Notes under the pieces: generated by a model | Database searches by the model: none | Told to the model about the DNA's origin: nothing | Seen by the model: only the letters and a program-made list of their open reading frames with translations | DNA from: Heteronotia binoei | Taxonomy: Eukaryota | Assembly: GCF_032191835.1 (NCBI RefSeq) | Contig: NC_083237.1 | Coordinates: 17,050,001-17,114,000 of the forward strand | DNA: 64,000 nucleotides | Direction of reading: 5' to 3' | Shown: piece after piece, positions 36,345 to 48,927 of the stretch | How positions within the stretch are numbered: position 1 is the stretch's first letter | Layout of the letters: the number at the start of each line of letters is the position of its first letter | Made by a program: the position numbers and the translations under genes

Positions 36345-38340
36345 CTGCTGCCTATGAAAATAAAGGCACCAGAGAGAGAAACTGGCATTTCTTGAGATTA
36401 GGTCAATTAAAAAAAAAGACTTTGTTTTGTCCCTGCCAAACTCAAGGAAGCACACAAGAAGCTCAACAAATTTAGCATAGTGATATCAGTCCCCACAACA
36501 GTAATAGTCTCTATTCAAATCCCCATGATTCTGACAGATATAGTCGTTTGAGTTTCAGACTGGGATCTTTGAGAGCCAAGTTCAGTTCTCCCCTCTGCCT
36601 TGGAAGCTTTCTGGGTGACCTTGCACCAGTCACACCCTCTTCATCTATGTTGCCTCATCAATCTGTCTTAAATGGGGGTTAGAAGAACAATGAAGAACTG
36701 ATTTCAGTCCGCACAAACAAACAAAGTTATCAAAAGCCATGTTTCATTGTTTTGATCATGGTTGACTTTCCAAATACACAAAGCAACCATAGTCTCCCTC
36801 AGGCCTGTTGCTCCCAGGGGCATCAATTCAACTAAATCTCTGTCTTCTGGCGTGTATGGCAATATTACGAAGACAAAAGAATCTGAAAGACTGAGGAATT
36901 ACCTTAACTAAACCCCCCAAATCTTTTGGTGTCTATGGTGCTACTGCCCTGACCTGGATGGGCCAGATGAGTACAATCTTCTCAGATTTCAGAAATGAAG
37001 CAAGGTCAGCTGTGGTCAATATTTAGATGGGAAACCGCCAAGAAAGTTCACGGTCACTACTCAGAGGCAGGCAATGGAAAACTACATCTAAAACGTGCCT
37101 TGCCTTTAAAACCCTCAGATGTCTGCCAGTTGAAGACCCTTTTTATCTATATCAATAGATGGATTGATAAAATAGATTTTATAGATAATTTTTGTGCAAA
37201 TTGGCTTTGGGACTTGAATTCTGATGTATCCTAGTGGACGAACCCAGATGTTCTACAGAGGATCAACACAGCTCCCCTCTGAAACTGCCTTAATCAATAT
37301 TTAATGCTGCAATGGTCAGATGGGATTAAAAAAAGTTTTCTTTTTTTCATGCAAGGTGTTTAGAGATCAGGAAGAAACTCATTGGATTGACAATTCTTTC
37401 TGAACTCAGAGGCATAAATATAAAAATTAGCCATACTCTAGATCACTTTCCTCTCACTTATCTCAATTTGGAATGACAATAAAAATCCAAAGGTTGTTCC
37501 CAGTACCTACAGTCTGAGGTCCCAACTGGAGATTTCACTGATGGAACTCATGATCTTCTCGATGAAAAAACTATAATTATCCACCACTGAGATGTCTGCT
37601 TACCTGGACCTTCAAGGCAAAATCCATGCCATCTATCCTTTGAAGTTCCAACTGATTTGAATGATCTGTCTGTAGTAGACTAAATGTTAACTTTTGTTCC
37701 TCTGCTATGAGAACTCTCTTTTCTCATCTTAAAGACAGCAAGAATGATATAAAGACCCTCTGGAATTAATTACCCATCAACATACAAAAAAGAAGAAGAT
37801 AGAAACTGTATGTGTTACTGATCCAGAACATGCTGCTTCATTTCTCAATCTTGGAGATCAGAGTCTCTGTAAAGAGAGACTGAAGTCGTGATGGCTGCCT
37901 TTGTCAAGGAGATTCTGTCCTCTAGGTTTGAGAGAGCTAGAGACTTAACCAGAATCCTAACCCTACAGCAGACTAACACACCTACCCACAAAAGTAAGGA
38001 TGAGAGAAGAGCTGCTTTAGGCAGAGCCAGGCAGGTACTCTCTAGTTTCACTGGCAGCAGCTTCCCAGTACTATAAGGGGAAGACCTTCCTTGTAGTAAA
38101 AACACCCAATCACCTTGGAGATTCATGCAAAGCGTATTCATGGAATTCTAGTTTGTTTGCTACTTTGGTGTCTGTTTCCACCAGGAATGTCAAATGCTTT
38201 CTGAAATGAGGGCCAACACGGACTGGCTACTTGCTATCTATTCTCTGCATTAGAAGACTAGCAGCTTAGTGAGTGGATTTTTCATCATCTGATCACAAAG
38301 GTTTGAAGATTCACAAAGATAATAAACATTTCAGCTGTAT

Positions 38341-38380
38341 TCCACAGGGACTGCTGTGTTCCCTTTGGATCCATTAATGA
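38341..38380. promoter_or_regulatory. O/E(EBF)-like sites plus homeodomain site upstream of OR-4
   Basis: TCCACAGGGA (38341-50) and TCCCTTTGGA (38360-69) each differ by one base from TCCCNNGGGA; CATTAATGA (38372-80) contains TAATGA. Confidence 0.5.
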
Positions 38381-41300
38381 TTTGTTGTTTGTTTCCTTCA
38401 TGTTTATGCATCAGAAGCCACAAGAGGGCCTGTCCTTTTACTCCATGACTCTTGAGCTTTCTAAGGAGCCTTTGATGAGTAACAATGGCACCCATTTAAA
38501 ATTTCAACCTTGTGGAATCAAAGATGCTTTTGATTCAGCTTGGGAAACAAGTCCCTCTAATTAGTACCATTCTGGCAAAATGCAAAAAGAAATAAAATGT
38601 CTAGCTCTCAAATTTATTGCTCCGAGATCTAATTTCCTCTTTGCCTCTGTAACCAGACTATGTAGCAGGTCTCTTTTAGAGTTTTCAGCCTCCAGGTGGG
38701 GCCCAGAGACCTCCCGCCTCTAAAACCGCTCCCCAGACTGCAGAGACCAGCTCTCCCGGAAAAAACAGCTGCCCTGGACAATGGACTCCAAAGCACTGTA
38801 ACAGGCTGAAATCCCTCCCTGCACCATCCCCTCTCCAGGGACTGGAGAAAGCCATCACCTTCACTCCCAGTTTGTATAACAGAAGAAAACTTCCTAAAGG
38901 GAACCCACAAGTTGCTTATTAGAACAATAACTTTGCTGAAAGACTACCAAGGCAGGATCCGGATTCCAGGTCACCTTTTGGGGCTCGTAGAATTGGAACC
39001 TCTGGTCCAATCTTTTTGAAACGTGGAGGGTGTTTTGAAGAAAGCCACCAAATGCTATGCTACAAATTTGGTGCCTTTATCTCAAACAATACCCCCTCAC
39101 CTATACCCAGAAAACAATTCTCCATTATACCCTAAGGGAATCAGTCTCCGTATGAAGAAGATATTGAAGAAGATATTGGATTTATATCCCGCCCTCCACT
39201 CCGAAGAGTCTCAGAGCGGCTCACAATCTCCTTTCCCTACCTCCCCCACAACAGACACCCTGTGAGGTGGGTGGGGCTGGAGAGGGCTCTCACAGCAGCT
39301 GCCCTTTCAAGGACAACCTCTGCCAGAGCTATGGCTGACCCAAGGCCATTCCAGCAGGTGCAAGTGGAGGAGGGGGGAATCAAACCCGGTTCTCCCAGAT
39401 AAGAGTCCGCACACTTAACCACTACACCAAACTGGCTCTGGAATAATGGAGTGCCCAGCAGACATTTCCCTCCCCCACCTCCACTTTCTGATGACCCTGA
39501 AGCAGGGGAAGGGCCTCCAAACTAGGGGATTCCCTGTCCCCACCTGGAAATTGGCAACCCTAGAAAGAAAGTTATTTGGACAAGAGCATCACCTAGAGTC
39601 TGAAATCCTGGGCCCTTAGGGGTTTACACTAAAGTTGCACATTGGACTATTCTGACCACATTGATCCCTTTTGGACAAAGGAAATCGCATTTGGGCCAGA
39701 CTATTTATTTGTCATGGAAGTTCAGGGCCATTGCCAGAAACTTGATGGGGATGGAAATATATTTTATAACTCTCTGACGGGTAACAGCAGCCTCTGACAT
39801 CAGAGATGGAGTTTTGCATGCCATTTGCTCAATCACCTTGTCACTCTTGGAAAAGAGGCGGGCTTTGGGCCAACTCTTTTGCCTACGAGTATCTGGATTT
39901 TGGGGACTGTAAAGCCTGTCAAACACCACAGAAGTACCCAAGTAATATTCTTTAAGCACTGAAAAGAAATAACTCATTTTCTTAACAACTCAAACAAGCC
40001 AATTATCAGCAACATGCTGTCCCAATTACTCCATCCTATGGAAATCCATTTCCGTCCTATTGACTATTATCTTATCTTTGTGCTCCCTCCCTCCCTCTCA
40101 TGTTCCTTCACATCCAAACAGAGATCTTTATACCACTGGTTTAACTATTATGCTATGACAGCCAGATGGGATTAAGAAAGCTTTTTGGCACGAGGTGTTT
40201 AAAAGGCATGAGAAAACTCACTAGACCTGAACTCCAAGTCATCAACAGAAGAATTAGCTCTATTCCAAAACATGTTCCTCTCACTTTTCTCAGTTTTGAG
40301 CAGTGATCCCTCTAAGCTGAGTTAGTGTGAGCTAGCTCACAGCCTTTTAGCTTCCAGCCAGGGCCAACCCTGTCAGTTGGCATACTAGGCAATTGCCGTG
40401 TGATTCAGTGATGTTATCACAGCAGGGAAGGGCACCAGACGTTTGCCTTGCCTAGGGTGCCAGACAGTCTAGGGCCAGTGCTGCCTCCAGCTCACACATT
40501 TCTGTCTTAGCTCAGGAAGGGTGGCCCCAGAGCAAACTAATTTATGCAGTAGCCAAATCGTTCGCTCACAACTTTAAAGCCAGTAGCTCACAAAGCAGGA
40601 TTTTTGCTCACAAGACTCCACAGTGTTAGAGGGAGCATTGGTTTTGAGTGACATCAGCACTCAAAATAGAGATCTTTCCCAGTTCCTGCTTCCTGAGGTC
40701 CTTTAACTAAGAATGCCATAGATTAAAATAAGGATCTTCTCAATGCAAAAATGATACTCTACCACTGAGATATCTCCTTATCTGCAACCGCCACATAAAA
40801 TGTATGTCATCTAACTACTTGGTTTAATAAGGTCCTTGATGGTTTGATAATTAATGATTGTTAATTATTATTAATATTAATAATGTGTAGTGTCTTTCTT
40901 CCATGCCTTCACATCAGAGGTATTACTGGAAGAAAATCAAGAAAGGATGAACACTGTTGATGCAAAGTTACAGCAGTCTAAAACCAGGTATTTCAATGGG
41001 GTTAGTCTGGGTGAGTCTGCATAAGACTGAAGATTGTACAAGTTGGCTTCTCAGGTTACATAGCTATTTGTTTCTCAGGTCATGAAATACATAGCAATGG
41101 ATTTTTGAGCAACATAAGAACATAAGAGAAGCCACGTTGGATCAGGCCAATGGCCCATCCAGTCCAACACTGTGTCACGCAGTGGTAAAAAAAAAAAAAC
41201 CAAGTGCCATCAGGAGGTCCACCAGAAGCCCTCCACTAGAAGGCCTCCCATTCTGCAACTGGTCATGGAAAGAGAAACACCACTGAGAATTCTGATTGTA

Positions 41301-41742
41301 TTGATGAGGAAGGAGCTGAAACATTGGCCCCAGTCCACCTGAAAAATACTGTCAAATGATGCTGCTGGTTTGGCCTGCCATTGACCAGCCTGCTGGTCTC
41401 CCTACCAGCCCCAAAACAGCCCTGGATTAAGCTAAGTGGAGTGGCTCCTGAGGCATGACCATAGACAGTCAAGGGTCTGAGCCTGGAGGTAATGACAGAG
41501 TTGCTTTGCCTTGGCTTGGCTTGCTTTTAGAGAAAAACAAAGAAGGGAAAGAAACTTATCCCAAAAACTGGAGTAAGAAACCTAAAAGGTTAATATGCAA
41601 TTAAAGGGCCGAACATTAAAAACAAAGTGTAAAAAAACCATATATCAACATACATGAATTTATTGTAGAAAGCATTTAAGGGCCCATCATAAGCCTATAT
41701 CCTATGTAAAATCATAAAACCACAATAGGAACCCTCTCAACT

Positions 41743-41788
41743 TGACCTGATGCGTTTCAACCTAGATTGGTCTTCTTCTGAGGTCAGA
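41743..41788 (-). ncRNA. Degenerate minimal type I hammerhead ribozyme (paralog at 32824-32866)
   Basis: Minus strand tgacct-CAGAAGA-a-gacc-aatcta-ggtt-GAAA-cgc-ATC-aggtca: 6-bp stem I, 4-bp stem II, core one base from CUGAAGA. The paralog supplies CTG and ggtc but has other core mutations. Confidence 0.6.
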
Positions 41789-42552
41789 AAGGTAAGTACA
41801 CATATTGACTCATAATAAAACAATGGAACAATGCTGGACCACAAGGAAATTTAGTGAAGTGACAAAGGCTTAGAGAGGTTCTTGAGGCCTCTTGTTCTAT
41901 AGCCTTATGTCTTAATCAAGGGCATACCTATAGCATTCAGTGTTTTCTTGTATGCCACCTGGAACAAGAATTGATCAAGTAAAGTATGTGCCAAGAGTTA
42001 TGCTAAGTGGAGTGGCTCCTAAGGCATGACCATAGACAGTCAAGGGTCTGAGCCAGGAGGTAATGACAGAGTTGCTGGGACTTGGCTTGGCTTCCTTTTA
42101 GCCAGCAGTGGCCCACAAAAAATATCCATGTAGATTAAACTGCTCATACGAAGGGCAGAATAAAATCCTAATGCAATAATAAACAAATAAAGGGCCAGTC
42201 CACACAGGTGCCAGCTACCTTTGGGAACATGTGGATATCTGTTTCCCACAAGCAAGAGCAGTTTGAACCCGCAAAGCAGATAAAATTTTCATACGTAATT
42301 CATATGAAACTAAAATCCCTCTCAATCAATCACTACCACATGTAACCTACACCTCTCTATATGATAGTTGTATATTTTTAAAGTGAAAACAATAGAAGGG
42401 CTCTCTGCTGTCTGACATTAAATGGTATATTCCACTTCATGGTTTCAGGATTCTATCCCCTTCTCATCTCATTCTACTACATGGGCTGAAGCTTATCAAA
42501 CCTTGTAGACGTTCTATTGGCCTCTGGTTGAGAATGTCAACATTCATCTTGG

Positions 42553-43491
42553 TTAAAACTCACCTCTTCGCAGCACTCTAGCCACTGCTTTATGGACATC
42601 CTTGTTCCTCAGAGTGTAAATTATAGGGTTGAGGAAAGGGGTGCCTACTACATAAAACAAGGCAATGTTTTTATTATGGTTCGAGGAAGTCTCTGAGTGG
42701 GGAATCACATACATGAAAAGGAGAGTTCCATAGAACACGGTAACTACAATGAGGTGGGAAACGCACGTGGAGAAGGCTTTGCGCAATCCAGTGACTGAGC
42801 GCATTTGTAACACGGAGAATAGAATGATCGTGTAGGAGGTCACAACAACAATAATAGGAATTAGGAGGCCTACCCCAGCCATTACAGAAAGAATTGTCTG
42901 ACTGATGTGGGTATCATCACAGGCAAGTTCCAAGACCAATGGCATCTCACACATGAAGTGGTTGATACGATTGGGACCACAATAGGAGTAGTGAAAGGTG
43001 CACCCTACATATGTTGTGCCATAAAGGAAGCCTCCTATCCAGCAACTGGAGGCAAGTTGCATTTTACACCCCCTGTCCATGACAACAGGATACAGCAAAG
43101 GTTGGCAAATGGCCAGGTAACGGTCATAGGCCATGACGGCCAGAAAAAAGCATTCAGAAGCACCCAAAGACAAGTAGCCAAAGAGCTGGGCAGCACAGCG
43201 AGTGTAGGAGATGACTCCATTCCCAGTCAGGAGGTGAGCCAGCATCTGGGGCTCTGTGCTGGTGACGTAGAAGATCTCTAGGCTTGAGAGGTGCATGAGG
43301 AAATAATACATGGGGATTTGGAGACATGGGTCGAACCGAACCAACAGGATGACCACCAGGTTCCCCATGACTGTAAGTGAGTAGATGAGAAGGATTGCTA
43401 CAAAGAGTAGAAGTTGAGTTGTTCGTTGATTAGAGAGTCCCACCAAGATGAATTCTGTGATTGAGGTGAGGTTCTCAGCATCCATTGTCAT
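42553..43491 (-). CDS. Olfactory receptor, class II, intact, 312 aa (OR-5), recent paralog of OR-4
   Basis: About 92% aa and 96% nt identical to OR-4 by manual comparison; all OR motifs present (LQIPMY variant). Confidence 0.95.
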   Translation of the reverse strand: MTMDAENLTSITEFILVGLSNQRTTQLLLFVAILLIYSLTVMGNLVVILLVRFDPCLQIPMYYFLMHLSSLEIFYVTSTEPQMLAHLLTGNGVISYTRCAAQLFGYLSLGASECFFLAVMAYDRYLAICQPLLYPVVMDRGCKMQLASSCWIGGFLYGTTYVGCTFHYSYCGPNRINHFMCEMPLVLELACDDTHISQTILSVMAGVGLLIPIIVVVTSYTIILFSVLQMRSVTGLRKAFSTCVSHLIVVTVFYGTLLFMYVIPHSETSSNHNKNIALFYVVGTPFLNPIIYTLRNKDVHKAVARVLRRGEF

Positions 43492-46400
43492 CTCCTGCCT
43501 ATGAAAATAAAGGCACCACAGAGAGAAACTGGCATTTCTTGAGATTAGGTCAATTAAAAAAAAGACTTTGTTTTGTCCCTGTCAAACTCAAGGAAGCACA
43601 CAAGAAGCTCAACGACTTTAGCATTGTGATATCAGTCCCCACAGTAGTAATAGTCTCTATTCAAATCCCCATGATTCTAACAGATATAGTAGTTTGAGTT
43701 TCAGACTGGGATCTTTGAGAACCCAGTTCAGTTCTCCCCTCTGCCTTGGAAGCTTTCTGGGTGACCTTGCACCAGTCACATCCTCTTCATCTATGTTGCC
43801 TCATCAATCTGTCTTAAATGGGGGGCAGAAGAACAATGAAGAGCTGATTTCAGTCCCCACAAACAAACAACAAGTTATCAAAAGCCATGTTTCATTGCTT
43901 TGATCATGGTTGACTTTCCAGATACACAAAGCAACAATAGTTCTCTCAGGCCTGTTGCTCCCAGGGCCATCAATTCAACTAAATCTCTGTCTTCTGGCAT
44001 GTATGGCAATATTACGAAGACAAAAGAATCTGAAAGACTGAGGAATTACCTTAACTAAACCCCTCAAATCTTTTGGTGTCTAAGGTGCTACTGTCCTGAC
44101 CTGGATGGGCCAGATGAGTACAATCTTCTCAGATTTCAGAAATGAAGCAAGGTCAGCTGTGGTCAGTATTTAGATGGGAGACCACCAAGAAAGTTCATGG
44201 TCACTACTCAGAGGCAGGTAATGGAAAACTACATCTAAAACGTGCCTTGCCTTTAAAACCCTCAGATGGCTGCCAGTTGAAGACCCTTTTTATCTGTAAC
44301 AATAGATTGATAGATAAAATAGATAAAATAGATAATTTTGTGCAAATTGGCTTTGGGACTTGAATTCTGATGTATCCTAGTGGACGAACCCAGATGTTCT
44401 ACAGAGGATCAACACAGCTCCCCTCTGAAACTGCCTTAATCAATATTTAATGCTGCAATGGTCAGATGGGATTAAAAAAAGTTTTCTTTTTTTCATGCAA
44501 GGTGTTTAGAGATCAGGAAGAAACTCATTGGATTGACAATTCTTTCTGAACTCAGAGGCATAAATATAAAAATTAGCCATATTCTAGATCACTTTCCTCT
44601 CACTTATCTCAATTTGGAATGACAATAAAAATCGAAAGGTTGTTCCCAGTACCTACAGTCTGAGGTCCCAACTGGAGATTCCACTGATGGAACTCATGAT
44701 CTTCTCGATGAAAAAACTATAATTATCCACCACTGAGATGTCTGCTTACCTGGAACTTCTAGGCAAAATCCATGTCATCTATCTTATGAAGTTCCAACTG
44801 GTTTGAATGATCTGTCTGTAGTAGACTAAATGTTAACTTTTGTTCCTCTGCTATGAGAACTCTCTTTCCTCATCTTAAAGACAGCAAGAATGATATAAAG
44901 ACTCTCTGGAATTAATTACCCATCAACCTACCAAAAAAAGAGAAAGAAACTGTGTGTTACTGATCCAGAACATGCTGCTTCATTTCTCACTCTTGGAGAT
45001 CAGAGTCTCTGTAAAGAGAGACTGAAGTCGTGATGGCTGCCTTTGTCAAGGAGATTCTGTCCTCTAGGTTTGAGAGAGCTAGGGACTTCACCAGAACCCT
45101 AACCCTTCAGCAGATTAACACACATACCCACAAAAGTAAGGATGAGAGAAGAGCTGCTTTAGGCTGAGCCAGGCAGGTACTCTCTAGTTTCACTGGCAGC
45201 AGCTTCCCAATACTATAAGGGGAAGACCTTCCTTGTAGTAAAAACACCCAATGGCCTTGGAGATTCATGCAAAGCATATTCATTGAATTCTAGTTTGTTT
45301 GCTACTTTGGTGTCTGCTTCTGCCAGGAATGTCAAATGCGTTGTGAAATGAGGGCCAACACGGACTGGCTACTTGCTGTCTATTCTCTGGATTAGAAGAC
45401 TAGCATTTTAGTGAATGGATTTTTTCATCATCTGATCACAAATGTTTGAAGATTCACAAAGATAATAAACATTTCAGCTGTATTCTACAGGGACTGCTGT
45501 GTTCTCTTTGGATCCATTAATGATTTGTTGTTTGTTTCCTTCATGTTTATGTATCAGAAGCCTTTAATTGAACAAAAAGAAGAAAGAATGGAAACTGTTG
45601 GTGCGATCCTGCAAAGATTCTAATGCCGTTTATTTCAATAGGGCTAGTTTGGGTGATTCTGCGCAGGACTGCAATGGAAATTGCACATGTTCTTTTTGGG
45701 GGGGGAGGGCCAATATATCTATAGGCTTCTTGGGTCAGGAAATACATTGCAATGAGTTTTTGGTCCACTGCTCATGGAAAGAGAAACACTACTGAGGAAT
45801 CCTATTGTATGATTATATTCTCATGATGAGATAGCCGAGATCTGAGGATTACTAAAATCAAGTCCCCAGTAAGGCTGTGGACCTAAAATTTTATTGTTCT
45901 GTTTTAGATTTTGGAAAGGGCACAAACAGTATTCAAATCCCTTGTCTCAAATTTGGTACACAGAGCCTGCAAGTCTGTACAGTTATTTTCCATAATAGGA
46001 TGGGGGAGAAGGGTGGAAGTGGGTTTGTTATTTTTTTAAAAAAATAATTAAATGACACCATAGTTGCAGGAGAATTAGTGCTGCCTGTCCACTAAAGATC
46101 CCTCAGGTTTCAAGCCAGTTGCACCAAAGGGTAAACTCTATCATTCTTTATAGAAAGCAATGTGACAGAAATAAGATTGCCTGGTCCAATTCAAGAAATA
46201 TCTGGGGAATTGGGGGGTGGAGCCAGGAGACTTTGGGGGTGGAGCCAGGAGACTTTGGGGGTGAAGCCAGGAGCAAGGGTGTGACAAGCATAATTGAACT
46301 CCAAAGGAAGTTCTGGCCATCACATTTAAAGGGACTGTACACCTTTTAAATGCCTTCCCTGCATTGGAAATAATGAAGGATAGGGGCACCTTCTTTTGGG

Positions 46401-46813
46401 GCTCATAGAACTGGACCCCCTTGTCCAATCTCTTTGAAACTGGGAGAGTGTTTTGAAGAGAGTCACCAGATGCTATGCTACAAATTTGGTGCCTTTATCT
46501 CAAAAAACCACCCCCTCAGATACCTATAAAACAATTCTCCATTATACCCTAAAGGAATCAGTCTCCGTAGGGAATAATGGAGTGCCCAGCAGACATTTCC
46601 CTCCCCCCATCACTTTCTCATGACCCTGAAGCAGGGGGAGGGCCTCCAAACTAGGGGATCCCCTACCCCCACCTGGGAATTGGCAACCCTAGACAGAAAG
46701 TTACTTGGGCAAGAGCACCACCTAGAGTCTGAAATCCTGGGCCCCTGGGGGTTTACACTAAAATTACCCTTTGGGCCATTCTGAACACATTGATTCCTTA
46801 TGGACAAAGGAAA

Positions 46814-46828
46814 ATAATAATAATAATA

Positions 46829-46893
<65 letters not shown>

Positions 46894-47346
46894 AACAACA
46901 ACAACAACATTTTATTTATATCCCACCCTCCCCGCCGAAGCAGGCTCAGGGCGGCTAACAACATAATCAGTCAGTACAATGAGTTATACAACAAATTTTA
47001 AAATCAACATTCAACTTGAAACATTCCAATTTAAAATTAACATTTCTGGTGCTATTCTATTAGATGCAAGTAAGTATGATGGCGGAATCACTTAAGACAA
47101 GGCCATCCTAAAAAGGAAGGTCTTGCAGGCCCTGCGGAACTGTTCAAGGCTCCGCAGGGCCCGCACTTCTTCTGGGAGCTGGTTCCATAGGTGTGGAGCT
47201 GCAATGGAGAAGGCCCGTGTACGAGTCTTCTTTAATTTTGCCTCCTTCAGCCCTGGGATAGTCAGTTGGTTCTTCCCTACTGACCTCAGTGCTCTCTGGG
47301 GTTCATATGGGGAGAGGTGGTCCTTCAGGTAGGCAGGTCCTCGACC
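46814..47346 (-). mobile_element. L2 3' fragment with expanded (AAT)/(TAT)/(AAC) tail; other L2 3' pieces at ~50250-51100 (-) and ~60305-60390 (-)
   Basis: Reverse complement matches 31740-32160; absent in the paralog at ~39685. Confidence 0.85.
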
Positions 47347-47549
47347 AAAATCCAGTTTGGGCCAGACTACTTATTTTTCATGGAAGTTCAGGGCCATTGC
47401 CAGATATTTGATGGGGATGAAAACGCATTTTATAACTCTCTGCTGGGTAACAGCAGCCTCTGACATCAGAGATGAAATTTTGCATGCCATTTGCTCAATC
47501 ACCTTGTCACTCTTGGAAAGGAGGCGGGCTTTGGTCCAATTCCATTGAT

Positions 47550-48043
47550 CAGGGCTGAATTAACATTAGGCCAAGTAGGCACTAGCCCAGGGGTGGGGAA
47601 CAGTGGCTCTCCAGATGTTTTTGCCTACCGCTCCCATCAGCCCCAGCCAGCATGGCCAATGGCTGGGGCTGATGGGAGTTGCAGGCAAAAAACATCTGGA
47701 GAGCGACTGTTGCCCACTCCTGCACTAACCTATGGGCCCCCATGCCTTTAGGGACCCTGGGCTGGCTTCCCCTCTCCATTTCCCCCCTGCTTGCAGCACT
47801 CCCAGCCTGCACACACAGCCAGCATCTGAGCCACTATTTGCCCCACTTGCCTGGTGCAGCTGCTGTTGGCATTGCTGCCAAGTTTTCCTCTCTGTGTCTC
47901 TCCCCCACAGCTTTGTCAAAGGGGCTTTTGAGAAGGTGCCTGCAGGCTGCGGTGGCGGCTGTGGGCGGTGGGGTGGGTGCTCCAACTCACATAATTTGCG
48001 AGAGGCCCCCGAGATGTCAGCTGCCTAAGAGCCTCCAGCACTG
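47550..48043. mobile_element. hAT MITE (494 bp) containing a nested palindromic MITE
   Basis: TIR cagggctg/cagcactg; TSD ccattgat/ccattgac; absent in the paralog at ~39875. Confidence 0.8.
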
Positions 48044-48218
48044 CCATTGACCATGAGTATCTTGATTTTGGGGACTGTAAAGTCTGGCAAAGACCACAGA
48101 AGTACCCAAATAATATTCAGGCATTGAAACAACTCAGTTTGTTAACAACTCAAACAAGCCAGTTATCAGCAACACGATGTCCCAATTCCTCCATCCTATG
48201 GAAATCCATTTCTGACCT

Positions 48219-48842
48219 TGTAGTGCCAGGGGGCACGTTTTAAGGAAGCCTTGAGTCATGTCAGGATGCCTCCCTTGTTGGGTGGCCATAGGGTGGAGCC
48301 ACCAGCTATAGGTAATTAGTTCTGGAGGTTACAAGCTGGTGGCTAGAAAAGGGGAAACCTTTTCCCCCATGATGGCTCTTGTCCAGGTTAGAAGCTCAGG
48401 TGGCCTCAGGGTCAGTTTGTATTTCTTGGAAGCCCTGAGAGGTGTTTGTTTCATCCCGGAAAGAAGCTTTGAAAGACTCAATCTGCTGAACTTTTACCTG
48501 TAACTTAGGTTAAGGTAATTAGCTAATGTTTTGTTATTTTGTTTATGCACTATGTTGGGGTTTTACCGGCCTTACAGAATAATTTTTTTATAGATATATT
48601 TTCGTAATTTCTGTGTCTGTGGCTTGCTTGGTAACAGTGGCTATCTGGCCCTATTATAGACAAAGCAAACCCATTGCCAGGTTGGGGAGCTGGAAATTAG
48701 GGAGCTCTTAATGGGAAGGCTGGGCCCCAATAGAAAAAACCCAGCCTGGTGGCAGCATAGAGAGAGTGCCCTGCCAATAAGCCTCAGGCTGGCCTCCCTC
48801 TAGGGAGTGGGGTGGTGGTTCAGGGAACCCCTGGGCACTACA
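48219..48842. mobile_element. 624-bp TG...CA insertion (solo LTR or TIR element)
   Basis: Inverted ends tgtagtgcc(c)agggg; 5-bp TSD gacct (48214-18/48843-47); absent in the paralog at ~40058; no canonical AATAAA seen. Confidence 0.7.
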
Positions 48843-48927
48843 GACCTATTAACTATAATCTTATCTTTGTGCTTTCCCCCCATGTTCACAGCCAAGCAGA
48901 GATCTTTATCCCATTAGTTTAATATGC

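Noticed and set aside
48748-48757. TGGTGGCAGC, resembling a tRNA-Leu primer-binding site, in the 624-bp TG..CA element
   Set aside because: Only 10 nt match and it is not immediately preceded by an LTR end (CA).
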